Assembly: GCA_965203805.1 (NCBI GenBank)
Contig: OZ241917.1
Location: 2,688,001 to 2,752,000, forward strand
DNA from: Candidatus Latescibacterota bacterium
GTDB taxonomy: Bacteria; Latescibacterota; UBA2968; GCA-2709665
Length of the DNA: 64,000 bases
Reading direction: 5' to 3'
Part shown: piece after piece, positions 20,387 through 31,205 of the stretch
Position numbering within the stretch: the stretch's first letter is position 1
Layout of the letters: each line of letters opens with the position of its first letter
Translations under genes and position numbers: made by a program
The notes under the pieces: generated by a model
The model's database searches: none
What the model was told of the DNA's origin: nothing
Seen by the model: only the letters and a program-made list of their open reading frames with translations

Positions 20387-23300
20387 CGGTCGTCTTCGCG
20401 CTTAAGCGCGTCCTGCATCAATGACTCGAAGTAGCTCCGGATGAGCCGCTGGTATTCGATCGCGAACCCTGCATCGAGCGCTTCCCGGAGACGTTTACGG
20501 AGCGGGTTGTCGGCTTCGCCCAGATCCGGGGGCAACGTGCCCGGCCCCCGGTACGACAGGTCTGAACCCCGCCGTGCGCGCCGTTCCGTGCTTCGGCCGC
20601 GTTGACGGATCGATCTATGGGCATCCAGCAGGCGAGATAGAATCCTGCGCTGGCGCTCCAGCGTCCCGCTGCCCGCGCGCCGCTCCTGCATCTCCTGAAC
20701 GACGGCATCCATCTCTGATGCGATATGGTCCAGATCGCCGAGCAGCGCCTGCCGCCGGCTGCCCATACGCCGGCGGGTTTCCTGCAGCGCCTGCAGGATG
20801 GCTCTCTGCCTGGCCGCCATCCGTGCGAGGCTCATCTGGCGACCCTTTCCTTCGGACGACGGACGCCGCGAATCGAGCAGGGATTCGCTCAGTGTGTTCA
20901 GGCCCGACTGTTGGTCGGCCAATTCCTGCATGCGCTGGAGCATTTCTTCCAGGCCCACCGAAGATCCGGAAGCGGAGATGTCCTCAATTACCTTACGGAG
21001 CGCGAGCGCGGCGTCATTCAGGGCGCCCATGGCGTCTTTGCCGGTATCGGCGGCCCGTGAACCGGCGCCAGCCTGGATATGACCGGCGGCCTCCCTGATC
21101 CTGATGAGCGCCCGACCCAGCGCGGCGCCGGTTTCGGACGTGACGAAATAGGTCCTGTGAGCAGCTTCCATCAAGTGGTTGGCCAGACGCGTCGCGCCGG
21201 CCAGTAAACGCGCCTGCTCAGCCGCCAGCATTGCCGGATCGCTGTCCCGGGATAAACCCTCCGCCTTGCGCGCGGTCTCTTCCTGGGCCGCAGAGAGGCC
21301 CAGCAGGTTGTGGGTCAGCTGATCGAGTTGGCGTATGAGGGCTTCCTTCCGGCGGTTGACAAAAGCCTGCCTGAGCGCGTCGAATTCCTTCGCGAACCTG
21401 TCGAGTTCTCCGGCGATGCGTGCGCCGCGGGTTCGAGCCGACCGGGCCGATCCGCCGCGCAGATCGCGACTGACGAGGCGCATGCGTTCGGGTATGCGCT
21501 GTGCTTCGAACCGATCCGCCAGGCGTCCCAGCTGGTCCGCGGCCGCGGGGTGCTCCGCTATCTTCCCCGTGGTTTGCGCAAGTTCGTCTTCAAATGAATC
21601 TGTCCGTTTTCGGATCGCGTCCTGCTGGCCTGCCAGGGACGAAGGAACGCGTTCATCATCGATGTTCCGGACCACGTGATGCTGCGCCTCCGAAAGCGCA
21701 ACCAGTGCCCGGGCCATGGCCTCGAGGGCCTGTTCCGTGCGTAGTTGCCGCAACAGGTCGATCGTCCGCTCCAGAGACTGCTGAAACCCTTCCTGTTCGC
21801 CTCGGAAGGCCTTCAGGGCTTCCTCCACGGCTGCGGGATCGACGCGCTCCATGGCGTCCCGGAGTTCCTCCATCGCTTCTTTCAATCCGGGCGTCTCGAT
21901 TTCGGAGAGCAGTTCCTGTATCTGGTTCAGCTTCTGAAGGGTTTCGTCCCCCAGAAGTCCGCTCTGCTCCAACCTGTCCAGTGTTTCTTCGAGTTTCTCG
22001 CTCACCTTCTCAAGACGTTCCCCGGCGTCGGCCTGGTCTTCGATCGCGGTTTCCAGTTCCTTGCCATGCTGCCATTGCATCTGTCGTTCTTTCAACAGTC
22101 GACGAGCGAACGCTTCAAGGCGTTCCCGTACCGCCTCCCCCTCCTCCCTGATGGCGGTCATTTCCTTCAGACCCTCTTCGTGAGCCTGCTGCGATTGCCG
22201 ATGGATCTCCAGCAGAGAAGGAAATCGGATGGTGAATGCCGGAGTTTCCGCCATGCCCGGTCCCGAAACCGTGTTGGCGTCGTACGCGCGCAGCCTGAAG
22301 ACGACTCGATCGCCCGGCAACAGGTCCAGGCCTGAAAGATCCCACACATGGGTCCGGGTGAGTTCTCCGACGTCCGGTTCATCCAGGGGGAAGGGGAGGA
22401 TCTCCGCTGCCTCGTCATCGTTCAGGCGGTATCGAATTTCGATCCTTGCAACGCCGAAGTCATCTCTGGCTTCCACGAACAGGGGGACCTGCATGTCTTC
22501 CCCCAGTTCGGTGTCTTTTCCCGGCCGGAGCAAGCGGATTTCCGGAGGATGGTCCTGCAGGGCCACGATGCGGTATTCAACAGGATCGGTGCTGGCGATA
22601 TCGTGCGTATCGCGCAGTGCGACAGTATATCGCCGGTTCCGGCTGACATTCAGATTGAATCGAGCGAATCGTCCGTCTATTCGCGCCTTTGAAGCGATGC
22701 TGTCGTCGAAGACGATTTCAGCGGCGCTCAACGGCAGGCTGGATTCCACGTGAAGGGCGGTCGAGGTTCCGGCGATGGCCACAATATCGCCGCCATCCAC
22801 GTCGCGGACTTCCTCCAGGCGGGTATAGGCCGGATAGCGGTTGTCGTGGCGGAGCCGCACCACCATCGGCCGCGGTTTCGCCGTAATCGTATAGACCGGC
22901 GTTACGGCGTCGTTTGCTTGAAGTCGGTACTGAAGTGATCGGTTAACGGCGGGAATTCTGTGCTCGATCCGCCCGTTGCGCACCGAAAGCTCGAGGAGCG
23001 TCCAGGCGTCATCTTCCCGCAGATAGATCCCGGCCTGGAGGGGCACGAGACCGGTGAGCGTCGCCGTAATCGCCAACGGCTCGCCGGCGACGATTTCGGC
23101 GCTCCCGGGGTGGACTTCTATAAACGTCTCGGGCGGGCGGGTGTAGGCAGTGGCCGGTCGTGCAAGCCGGCCGGCGGCAGCGGTCAGCGGTCCGGGGAGA
23201 ATCGCGAACGCCACGAGAATGGCGATGCCAAGCGCACCGCAGAGAACGGCCATCCGCAGGGGTTGGATGCGGGCGACCAGCGGATCCAGGTTCAGCCTCG

Positions 23301-23718
23301 CGAGGGCTTCGTCCGCCTGAATCACGGCGGCGCCGACCATCCGGGCGGAATGGTCGACGCGCCTCTCCGGACTCCAGAGCTGCAGCGCGCTGATCAGACG
23401 CTGATGAAGTCCGCCGAACGCGTGTTCGACCTGCAGGGCGACGTCTTCCGGTGACGGCGGAAGGAAAAGCGGACGAAAGCAGTAAAATACCGCGAGAACG
23501 GCCAGAACAAGCCCGACAACCCCCACCACGGCCACCTTGACCGCCGGAGGGAGATAGAGGGCGGTTTCAATGAGAAGCAAAACGAAAGCGCATCCCAGCG
23601 CGCAGCAGAGCGTCAGTCCCGCACCGTACAGGACGCGGGCGGAAATCTGTCTTTTCCGAAGCGCGTACAGCCTGCGCAGCAGGTTCCGGTACGCGGCATT
23701 TGCGGATGTTCCGGACAT
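20383..23718 (-). CDS. DUF4175-like membrane-anchored protein with Ig-like and long coiled-coil domains
   Basis: N-terminal TMs, PAYT and DDFG motifs, Q/E-rich C-terminal half, YQRLIRSYFESL end. Confidence 0.8.
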   Translation of the reverse strand: MSGTSANAAYRNLLRRLYALRKRQISARVLYGAGLTLCCALGCAFVLLLIETALYLPPAVKVAVVGVVGLVLAVLAVFYCFRPLFLPPSPEDVALQVEHAFGGLHQRLISALQLWSPERRVDHSARMVGAAVIQADEALARLNLDPLVARIQPLRMAVLCGALGIAILVAFAILPGPLTAAAGRLARPATAYTRPPETFIEVHPGSAEIVAGEPLAITATLTGLVPLQAGIYLREDDAWTLLELSVRNGRIEHRIPAVNRSLQYRLQANDAVTPVYTITAKPRPMVVRLRHDNRYPAYTRLEEVRDVDGGDIVAIAGTSTALHVESSLPLSAAEIVFDDSIASKARIDGRFARFNLNVSRNRRYTVALRDTHDIASTDPVEYRIVALQDHPPEIRLLRPGKDTELGEDMQVPLFVEARDDFGVARIEIRYRLNDDEAAEILPFPLDEPDVGELTRTHVWDLSGLDLLPGDRVVFRLRAYDANTVSGPGMAETPAFTIRFPSLLEIHRQSQQAHEEGLKEMTAIREEGEAVRERLEAFARRLLKERQMQWQHGKELETAIEDQADAGERLEKVSEKLEETLDRLEQSGLLGDETLQKLNQIQELLSEIETPGLKEAMEELRDAMERVDPAAVEEALKAFRGEQEGFQQSLERTIDLLRQLRTEQALEAMARALVALSEAQHHVVRNIDDERVPSSLAGQQDAIRKRTDSFEDELAQTTGKIAEHPAAADQLGRLADRFEAQRIPERMRLVSRDLRGGSARSARTRGARIAGELDRFAKEFDALRQAFVNRRKEALIRQLDQLTHNLLGLSAAQEETARKAEGLSRDSDPAMLAAEQARLLAGATRLANHLMEAAHRTYFVTSETGAALGRALIRIREAAGHIQAGAGSRAADTGKDAMGALNDAALALRKVIEDISASGSSVGLEEMLQRMQELADQQSGLNTLSESLLDSRRPSSEGKGRQMSLARMAARQRAILQALQETRRRMGSRRQALLGDLDHIASEMDAVVQEMQERRAGSGTLERQRRILSRLLDAHRSIRQRGRSTERRARRGSDLSYRGPGTLPPDLGEADNPLRKRLREALDAGFAIEYQRLIRSYFESLMQDALKREDDR

Positions 23719-23754
23719 AGGTAGGGGGAGCGTAATTTCGGAGGCGTCGCGCGG

Positions 23755-24459
23755 TCAGTGGGTAAGCGCCCAGACGATGACGTTTGTGCCCATCTTCAAT
23801 GCGGCATCCCGCTTTTCAGCCGGATCTTCGTGGACTGCCGCGTCGTTCCAGCCATCCCCGAGGTCGCATTCGTAATTGTAAAACACCACAAGCCGTCCTT
23901 CGTGAAAGATGCCAAAGGCCTGCGGTCGTTTCCCGTCGTGCTCGTGGATCTTGGGAAGGCCGTCCGGGAACGGGAACGGGTGTTGAAAGATACCGAACGA
24001 GGGCGGCAACTCCACCAGTTCCTTGTCCGGGAACGTCCGTTTAACTTCACGGCGGAACGCCTTGTCCAGTCCGTAGTCGTCGTTGGCAAACAGGAAGCCG
24101 CCGTGTTCAAGGTACGTGCGCAGGCGCCTGGCCTCATCTTCGGAAAATCGGATATTTCCATGCCCGGTGAGGTAGAGTACGGGATAGGCGAAGAGGTCCT
24201 CGTCCATGATTTCGACCCTCGCTTCCCGGTCTGCCGTATGGATCGTCGTCTGACTTCGGATAAATGCCAGAAGGTTGGGAATCTCGGTGGGGCCGTTGTA
24301 CCAGTCGCCGCCGCCGCCGAACTTGAGCCGCGCTATCGTGAACGTCGCGGGAGGTTCCGGCAGTTGCGCCGGAGTGCGGGCGGCGCCAACCGCCAGAAGG
24401 CAAAGCAAGGCACAGGGCACTCCCCATCGGGCGGATCGTCCTGCGGCGTTGTAGGGCAT
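23755..24459 (-). CDS. DUF4159 domain protein
   Basis: ARLKFGGGGDWY, YLTGHG, GGFLFANDDYG, DLGDGW. Confidence 0.88.
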   Translation of the reverse strand: MPYNAAGRSARWGVPCALLCLLAVGAARTPAQLPEPPATFTIARLKFGGGGDWYNGPTEIPNLLAFIRSQTTIHTADREARVEIMDEDLFAYPVLYLTGHGNIRFSEDEARRLRTYLEHGGFLFANDDYGLDKAFRREVKRTFPDKELVELPPSFGIFQHPFPFPDGLPKIHEHDGKRPQAFGIFHEGRLVVFYNYECDLGDGWNDAAVHEDPAEKRDAALKMGTNVIVWALTH

Positions 24460-24606
24460 TGAAATCCTGTTTATCCGTCTTCAGGATTGCGACCGGAATC
24501 AGTGAAAACGGGGCCGGACGAGGAGAACGGCGGCGTGTGTGGCCCGCGTTCCGGCGCCCGGCCCCAGTTTAAACGTGACAGGCTATGGGAAGTTCCAGGG
24601 CTCCGG

Positions 24607-24954
24607 TCATTCGGAATCGATCTGAAGCAGTCGCCTCGCCAGGTCCGGCGCCAGCGCGGAGTTCTTTTCAAAACTGAACGTGCAATCGAACGCCACGTCG
24701 GCCAGGCATCTTTCGTCGATCGGAAACGCGTTGCACTGAAGCGGCCGATTTTCGTAGATGCTGCAGACCGAGAATCCATCGTCCTGTTTGACCAGGAAGG
24801 GACATTTGAAAAGAATCTCGCAGCAATTGCCGCACCGGTTGCATTCGCCCGCAAGGCGCGTTGCCTGCTGCGCAACATAGGACTTCCGAAAGTGAACCAG
24901 GATCAGTCGGCGAACTTTCCCTGCGGCCTGACGCGCCCTGAATGGCAAATTCAT
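24607..24954 (-). CDS. Small Cys-rich YkgJ-like (CxxCxxCC) metal/Fe-S protein
   Basis: CNRCGNCC, CPFL, CSIYENRPLQCNAFP; GGAG RBS before ATG 24954. Confidence 0.75.
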   Translation of the reverse strand: MNLPFRARQAAGKVRRLILVHFRKSYVAQQATRLAGECNRCGNCCEILFKCPFLVKQDDGFSVCSIYENRPLQCNAFPIDERCLADVAFDCTFSFEKNSALAPDLARRLLQIDSE

Positions 24955-24989
24955 GTGTGCTCCATTTTTCATCTGTCGCAGAGGCTTGC

Positions 24990-26519
24990 TCAGGGTTTGC
25001 TCCCGGACGTGGGGTCCCGTTCGACACTTGCCGGAGTCGACAGCCGGAAGAGTTGCCGGATCTCCTGCCACTCTCCGGTTTCAAGGAAGTTCCAGCCCCA
25101 CAGGACGAACGGATAGGCCAGCAACAGAATGCACCGGGTCACGACACCGGACGGGCTGGCATCGGAGACATTTCCGGATACGACAAGAAAAACGATGCCC
25201 CCGGCGACCGCGACCTTCGCCAGGCGGGCGTATTCGTAGGCGACCGGATAAAACCGTCGGGTGTGGAGATAAAGGAAAACGACCATGACCCCGTAGGCGG
25301 CCAGCGTGCTCCAGGCCGCGCCAAGCACGCCCATGCGCGGGATGAGCAGAAGGTTGAGTCCCACATTGATGCCCGCGCCCAGGGCCACAATGAAGGGCAG
25401 CATGCGTGAACGGCCCTCCGCGTAGACGCCGGCCGTCAATATAATGTATATGCCGGACAAAAGGAATGCAAGGGTTACAATGGGAATGACGCCCTGCGCG
25501 GGAAGGTAATCGGCGGCCCTGTCGCCGCAGCCCAGCAGGATGAGATCCCGGGCAAAGGCGGAAAGTACCAGCAGCAGCAGGGTCGCTCCCGCGGCAAAGT
25601 AGGTCGTCATCCGGGCGACGACGTTGCGGGCCTCCGTTCTGTCCGGAATGGCCAGGACCCCGGGCGCCCAGGCGGCGCGGAATACGCGCGTAAGCATCTG
25701 CATGGGCAGACAAAAACGGAAGAGGATCTGAAGGACCCCGACGGGATCCTTGCCGATAAAAAATTTGAGCAGCAACCGGTCGGACAGGTTTATCAGCAGA
25801 AGGGCCGCGGCGGAAGGAACGAAGGGCAGGCCGAAGTGCAGAAGCTCGCGCAGGATCGCGTGCGAATAGACGGGCCGGAGTTCACGAAAACCCACCGGAC
25901 ACAGGGCGAGAAAGGCAAACGTCGAGCTTGCCAGGTTGCTCCAGAATATGGCACGCACCCCGTGTCCTTCCCACGCAATCAGATAAACGGTGAGGCCGAG
26001 CTGCAATGTGTGCTGGACGAACCGGACAGCCGCGTAAATTCCGGATCGTTGCCGCACCCTGCACAACGTGAAAAAAGGCTCGGAAAGGGTATCCAGCAGC
26101 AGAATGACCGCGATTGTCCGGAAGATATCGGCGTAGGACGTGGAATTGAGAAAGAAAACAGCGAGGCGTGCCGCGGAGGTCCAGACGAGGACGGAAAGAA
26201 CGACGCCGACGACCAGAAGTGTCCAATATGCCGTGCTGAACTTGAGGCGAATGCCCGCGGCGCCGCGCTCGACGGAAAGATGGCGGACAAGCGCGTGGTT
26301 CAGACCCAGTGCGTACAGGAGAACGCTGAAACTGACAAAGGCATACGCCAGAGCCATGTCGCCGTTTTCGGAAGGCGAAAGGAGGCGGGCGTACACCGGC
26401 ACCAGCAGGATGCCCGTCGCCTTGCCGAGCAGGTCGCCCATCCCGTAAACGGCAGTGTGTTTTGCGAGCGATTTGACGTGACGCAAGCGCATGGTGAATT
26501 CGCGGTCATCCATCTTCAC
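24990..26519 (-). CDS. Wzx-like oligosaccharide flippase (MOP superfamily)
   Basis: About 14 TMs, LAKHTAVYG..LLVPVYARLL, LNLLLIPRMGVLGAA. Confidence 0.88.
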   Translation of the reverse strand: MKMDDREFTMRLRHVKSLAKHTAVYGMGDLLGKATGILLVPVYARLLSPSENGDMALAYAFVSFSVLLYALGLNHALVRHLSVERGAAGIRLKFSTAYWTLLVVGVVLSVLVWTSAARLAVFFLNSTSYADIFRTIAVILLLDTLSEPFFTLCRVRQRSGIYAAVRFVQHTLQLGLTVYLIAWEGHGVRAIFWSNLASSTFAFLALCPVGFRELRPVYSHAILRELLHFGLPFVPSAAALLLINLSDRLLLKFFIGKDPVGVLQILFRFCLPMQMLTRVFRAAWAPGVLAIPDRTEARNVVARMTTYFAAGATLLLLVLSAFARDLILLGCGDRAADYLPAQGVIPIVTLAFLLSGIYIILTAGVYAEGRSRMLPFIVALGAGINVGLNLLLIPRMGVLGAAWSTLAAYGVMVVFLYLHTRRFYPVAYEYARLAKVAVAGGIVFLVVSGNVSDASPSGVVTRCILLLAYPFVLWGWNFLETGEWQEIRQLFRLSTPASVERDPTSGSKP

Positions 26520-26591
26520 CGGTGTCGGACACGACGGCCGCCGCGCCGGGATGGAACCGGAGAACGCAGGTCGGAAGGATGGATGTGATGT

Positions 26592-29021
26592 CTACAACAT
26601 GGAAACAGGATCGATATCCACGTCCAGGGTCACTGCGGCGCGGCGATTTCGGCCGAATTCGCGCATGGCCCTGTGGGCGAGGACGTTCAGGTGTCTCGAT
26701 GAGGGCGCCTTAAGCACGACCTGCCACCGGTAGCTCCTTCGTATACGGGCAAGCGGCGCCTGCGCGGGCCCCATCACGTCCACGCGCGGTAATGCCATTT
26801 CGCGCAGGGCCTCGGCGCACAGCCCCGCGGTTCGTGCGACGTCCTGTTCACGTCTGCCCTTGAAGAGAAGCAGGGCCATACGGCCGAACGGCGGATAGAG
26901 TACGCTGCGTCGTCCTTCGAGTTCAAGTTCGGCGAACCTGTGAAAGTCATGCTTCCGCGCACACTGCACGGCTTCACTCTCCGGCAGGTGGGTCTGTATG
27001 ACGACCTCGCCGGGAGAACGTCCGCGTCCGGCCCGCCCGCTCACCTGCGTGAGCAGTTGAAACGTGCGCTCACCGGCTCTGAAGTCCGGCAGATGAATGC
27101 CGGTATCGGCAGAAATGACGCCGACAAGGGTGACGCCGGGAAAATCCAGGCCCTTGGCTACCATCTGCGTGCCCAGCAGAACATCAGCCTCGCCCAGCCT
27201 GAAGGACTCAAGGATCCGGTCGTGCGCCCCCTTTCGACGGGTTGTATCGACGTCCATGCGAAGGAGGCGCAATTCAGGGAATTGCGCCTTGAGCGCCTCT
27301 TCCACGCGCTGCGTACCCACACCGGACATCCGCAGGTTGGTTCCCTCGCAAGCGCGGCATGCGGACGGCGCCGGCGTTTCGAAAGCGCAGTAGTGACACA
27401 CCATCCGCCGGCCCGGGGCATGGTACGTGAGCGTGACCCGACAATTCGGGCATTGTACACCCGCGCCACAATCCAGACATTGGACGAATGGCGCATATCC
27501 TCTGCGGTTCTGCAGCAGGATGACCCGCTCTTTTCTTGCGAGGCGGTCCCTGAGTTTTTCCCGCAAGATCCCGGAAAAGAGACCACCGCTCTCTTTCCTC
27601 ATATCAACGAGGATGACATCGGGCAGAGGACGGGAATCGATCCGTTCAGGCAGGGGAAGCAGATGGGATTTTTCGGTATCGACGTTGTGAAAGGACTCGA
27701 GCGCGGGCGTTGCCGAGCCCAGAATGATGGGGATATTCGCCATTTTTGCCCGCATCACGGCAACGTCCCGCCCGTTGTACCGGGGCGCCGGTTCCGACTG
27801 CTTGTAGGCGCCGTCATGTTCCTCGTCCACAACAATAAGGCCAAGGTTTGAAACGGGCGCAAAGACCGCGGAACGCGCGCCGATGACAACGGTCCGCCGG
27901 CCCTCACGGATGTCCCGCCACGCGTCGTAGCGTTCGCCTTCAGACAGGGCGCTGTGGATAACGGCGACCCGGTCGTCGAAATGGGACCTGAAGCTGCGCA
28001 CCGTTTGAGGGGTGAGCGAAATCTCGGGTACCAGTATCAATGCGCCAAGACCGGATCTCAGCACACGTTCGACGGCCCGGATGTAGACCAGTGTTTTGCC
28101 GCTGCCGGTAACTCCGTGAAGGAGAAAGGAACTGAATTTGGGGGGCGCGAGTGAATCCTGGATTTCCTCTAGTGCTTTTTCTTGATGCACGGTGAGCCTA
28201 AGCTGCTCCGGGGTGGCGGACGCCACGTCGGCGTATGGATCCCGCCGGACTTCCCGTTGGAAGATCCGAACCAGCCTGCGGTCAACCAGCGCTTTGAGGA
28301 TGCCCCGCCCGATCCCTGCGCGGATGAGTGCGGCGGCGGGCATTGCGCCCCCGCATGCCCGAAGGCGCCTGAGACATTCCGCCTGTCGGGGCGCCCTGCG
28401 TTTCAGTGCGGGCCATTCCACCGCGAACCACCGCGCATCGGGCACCAGTTGAACCACGCGCTCCCGTTTGGACCTGACCCGGGGATCTTCGATGATCTGA
28501 TGGGTTGTGAGCATGCCCCGTCGAAGCAGGCCGTAGACGGCACTGCGGACACCGTTCCCGCGCAGACGAAGCTGCAGTTGGCGGAGGCTGGCCGGTCCAT
28601 GCGATTGCAGGTGGTCGAGCACCTGCTGTTGGCCGGGGGTGATCGCATCGCGACCGGCGCCGTTTAGGGCGTTGACGGCTATGCGTTGCCCGCTGTGGGT
28701 GTGGATGCCGGCGGGAAGGGCGGCCGTAAGCACTTCGGACAAGGTACAGACATAATAACCCGCCATCCACCGGCAGAGGTCCAGGACGCCCGGAGAGACG
28801 ACGGGATAGCGGTCGAGCAGGATGCCGATGGACTTGACGTTTTCCAGGTCGGTCGTGTCCTGAAAACCGACGACGATGCCCGTCGTCCACCTGGGTCCCA
28901 GGGGAACGAGCGCTCTGTATCCGACTTGAATCTGTTGTCTCAGGTCGTCGGGAACCAGATACGTCATCTCACTGTCGATAGGCGTGGCAAGGGGAACAAT
29001 CTGCGCGTAGTTTGAATCCAT
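26592..29021 (-). CDS. priA: Primosomal protein N'
   Basis: GVTGSGKT, VPEISLTPQ, VDEEHD, Zn-finger Cys pairs, GTQMVAKGLDF, QVSGRAGR. Confidence 0.97.
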   Translation of the reverse strand: MDSNYAQIVPLATPIDSEMTYLVPDDLRQQIQVGYRALVPLGPRWTTGIVVGFQDTTDLENVKSIGILLDRYPVVSPGVLDLCRWMAGYYVCTLSEVLTAALPAGIHTHSGQRIAVNALNGAGRDAITPGQQQVLDHLQSHGPASLRQLQLRLRGNGVRSAVYGLLRRGMLTTHQIIEDPRVRSKRERVVQLVPDARWFAVEWPALKRRAPRQAECLRRLRACGGAMPAAALIRAGIGRGILKALVDRRLVRIFQREVRRDPYADVASATPEQLRLTVHQEKALEEIQDSLAPPKFSSFLLHGVTGSGKTLVYIRAVERVLRSGLGALILVPEISLTPQTVRSFRSHFDDRVAVIHSALSEGERYDAWRDIREGRRTVVIGARSAVFAPVSNLGLIVVDEEHDGAYKQSEPAPRYNGRDVAVMRAKMANIPIILGSATPALESFHNVDTEKSHLLPLPERIDSRPLPDVILVDMRKESGGLFSGILREKLRDRLARKERVILLQNRRGYAPFVQCLDCGAGVQCPNCRVTLTYHAPGRRMVCHYCAFETPAPSACRACEGTNLRMSGVGTQRVEEALKAQFPELRLLRMDVDTTRRKGAHDRILESFRLGEADVLLGTQMVAKGLDFPGVTLVGVISADTGIHLPDFRAGERTFQLLTQVSGRAGRGRSPGEVVIQTHLPESEAVQCARKHDFHRFAELELEGRRSVLYPPFGRMALLLFKGRREQDVARTAGLCAEALREMALPRVDVMGPAQAPLARIRRSYRWQVVLKAPSSRHLNVLAHRAMREFGRNRRAAVTLDVDIDPVSML

Positions 29022-29028
29022 TGACGGA

Positions 29029-29952
29029 TCAACGCACGGGAGGCGGGGCCGCGGATTCAATCTCTTCAACCCAGATGGTGGATCGGGAGATGAACAGACG
29101 GTGCTTGCGGCCGTGTTTTGTAGGCAGGGAAACAGGCTTGTCCTGCAGGGAGAGGGAGACGGCGGCGGGGTCTTCAATTTCCACACGGAACCGATCGCGT
29201 GCGGTCCACTTGCGGCTGGTACCGGAAAGCAGGCGGTCTTCGAAGGTGGAATCGCCGTCGCTGAAGACACTCATCCGGGTGTCTACCAGCGCACGAGCGG
29301 ACAGGATGATCTCGTCTTCCCAGATGCCCGAATACTGCTGCGGAAGCGAATAGGACGACACAACCCGATCGCCGCGCAAGGCGTTCCCGGTATCGTCCGG
29401 TTCCCGTGGCGGGGCAGAAAGGGATTCCGGCTTCGCTGCGGCGGCGTGGCCGGCGGCCGCTTCAGGAAGGATCACGACCTCAGGCGCCTTTGAAGTATCC
29501 GGTGCGGATGTCGTCGACTGATTGACGTTCCCCGACATCGGCGATTCCGTCGCGACCTCCGGCGGGGAAGTCGAGTCTTGCATGAGGAAAATGGACGCGA
29601 TAACGAGCGCCAGCACGCAGAGAATCGCCAGAACGCGTCCGAAAGGCAGGGAAAGGTCGCGCCGCGGGCGCGCAACGAACTGACCGGATTCCAGATAGGG
29701 CTTGATCTTATCGTATTTATCCAGGGTTTCATCGACATCGAGGCCGACTTCCTGCGCGTACTTTTTGATGAAGAGCCGAACATAGATATCAGGAAGAATG
29801 TCGTAGTTGCCGGTTTCAATGGCGCGAAGATACTCCGGATTGATCCGCGTCCGGTCGAACAAGTCTTCAAGGGACATCCCGCTGGCTTCGCGATGTGCCC
29901 GCAACTCTGAAGCGAATTCCCGCATTAGAGGCTCCGAAATCAGTCCTTGCAT
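29029..29952 (-). CDS. RodZ-like HTH membrane protein (DUF4115 C-terminus)
   Basis: N-terminal XRE HTH (TRINPEYLRAIETG), single TM, linker, beta-rich C-terminus. Confidence 0.8.
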   Translation of the reverse strand: MQGLISEPLMREFASELRAHREASGMSLEDLFDRTRINPEYLRAIETGNYDILPDIYVRLFIKKYAQEVGLDVDETLDKYDKIKPYLESGQFVARPRRDLSLPFGRVLAILCVLALVIASIFLMQDSTSPPEVATESPMSGNVNQSTTSAPDTSKAPEVVILPEAAAGHAAAAKPESLSAPPREPDDTGNALRGDRVVSSYSLPQQYSGIWEDEIILSARALVDTRMSVFSDGDSTFEDRLLSGTSRKWTARDRFRVEIEDPAAVSLSLQDKPVSLPTKHGRKHRLFISRSTIWVEEIESAAPPPVR

Positions 29953-30545
29953 TGCCCGGCGGCAACCATCAACGACGATGTGCTCACCATGCGTTCGAGG
30001 AGTGAGCAGAAGAGCGAAAGCGGCAACCCCACCACATTGTAGAAACAGCCGGAGATGGAGTGAACGAACGCCGCCGCCCTGCCCTGAACCGCGTACGCGC
30101 CCGCCTTGTCCATGGGTTCCCGCGTTTGAACGTAGTGCCGGATTTCCTCGGGTGTGATCGGTCTCATGGAGACATCCGTGACAGCCACGTCGTGGAGAGA
30201 ACGACCGGACCCGGTATCGATCAACGCCAGGCCGGTATATACCCGGTGCGTCTTTCCGGAGAGCCTGCCCAGCATTTGTACCGCTTCGTCTTCCCCTGCC
30301 GGCTTTTCGAGAATGTCGCCTTGCAGCACGACAACGGTGTCGGCGCCGAGAACGATTTCCTCGTGAAAGTTGGCGGCGACCGCCCGCGCCTTTCGGCTGG
30401 CAATTTCGCGGACGTAGTCGGCGGGTGGAATCGATCCGTCCAAGTTTTCCGAAACATGGCTCGGCACAACGTCAAAGGACATGCCGAGAAGACGCAGAAG
30501 GTCGGACCGCCTCGGTGACGCGGAGGCCAGGATGAGTTTTTTCAT
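29940..30545 (-). CDS. maf: Maf nucleoside triphosphate pyrophosphatase
   Basis: LILASASPRR, GADTVV, DKAGAY, NVVGLP. Confidence 0.95.
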   Translation of the reverse strand: MKKLILASASPRRSDLLRLLGMSFDVVPSHVSENLDGSIPPADYVREIASRKARAVAANFHEEIVLGADTVVVLQGDILEKPAGEDEAVQMLGRLSGKTHRVYTGLALIDTGSGRSLHDVAVTDVSMRPITPEEIRHYVQTREPMDKAGAYAVQGRAAAFVHSISGCFYNVVGLPLSLFCSLLERMVSTSSLMVAAGQCKD

Positions 30546-30596
30546 GATGGGAAGTGTATTGCCCGGTACGGCCGCGCGACGGCGAATTCCTGCGTC

Positions 30597-31034
30597 CTAA
30601 GTCTCTATCATGAAGGTAACGGGACCGTCGTTGTGGATCTCAACCTGCATGTTGGCGCCGAACTGCCCCGTGCGTACGGACACACCCCGGCTGCGCAACG
30701 CTTTCACGAAATCTTCATAATACGCCTCGGCCATTTCGGGTGGGGCCGCGCCCGAATAGCCGGGACGGCGGCCCTTCCGGGTGTCGCCATATAGTGTGAA
30801 CTGCGAGACAACCAGTGCCTGCCCTTCGACGTCGAGGAGGGAACGGTTCATCTTTCCCTGCCCGTCTCCGAATATTCGAAGGTGGATGCACTTATCGGCC
30901 AAGTACTGAATGTTGTCCTGGGTGTCCTGGCGACCGACACCCAGGAGAATCAGCATCCCCCGGTCGATTTCGGCGCTGACCTGCCCGTCTATGGACACCG
31001 CGGAACGGCTGACCCGTTGTACAAGCGCGCGCAC
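30597..31034 (-). CDS. dtd: D-aminoacyl-tRNA deacylase
   Basis: (M)[18 protein letters not shown]; GTG start at 31034. Confidence 0.95.
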   Translation of the reverse strand: MRALVQRVSRSAVSIDGQVSAEIDRGMLILLGVGRQDTQDNIQYLADKCIHLRIFGDGQGKMNRSLLDVEGQALVVSQFTLYGDTRKGRRPGYSGAAPPEMAEAYYEDFVKALRSRGVSVRTGQFGANMQVEIHNDGPVTFMIET

Positions 31035-31205
31035 GCTGGTTCCCGGAGATCGAAAAACGCCACCATCGGGTGGGTTATGTGGAAAAATCGCGGCACGCGG
31101 CACAAGCCGTCATGCCAATGACTAATTTAGCCGATTCACGAGGGCGAAGCAAGGGAAAGAACACGCGGGACGGCGCGGCCGGATCCGGTTCCCTGACCGT
31201 CGTTC

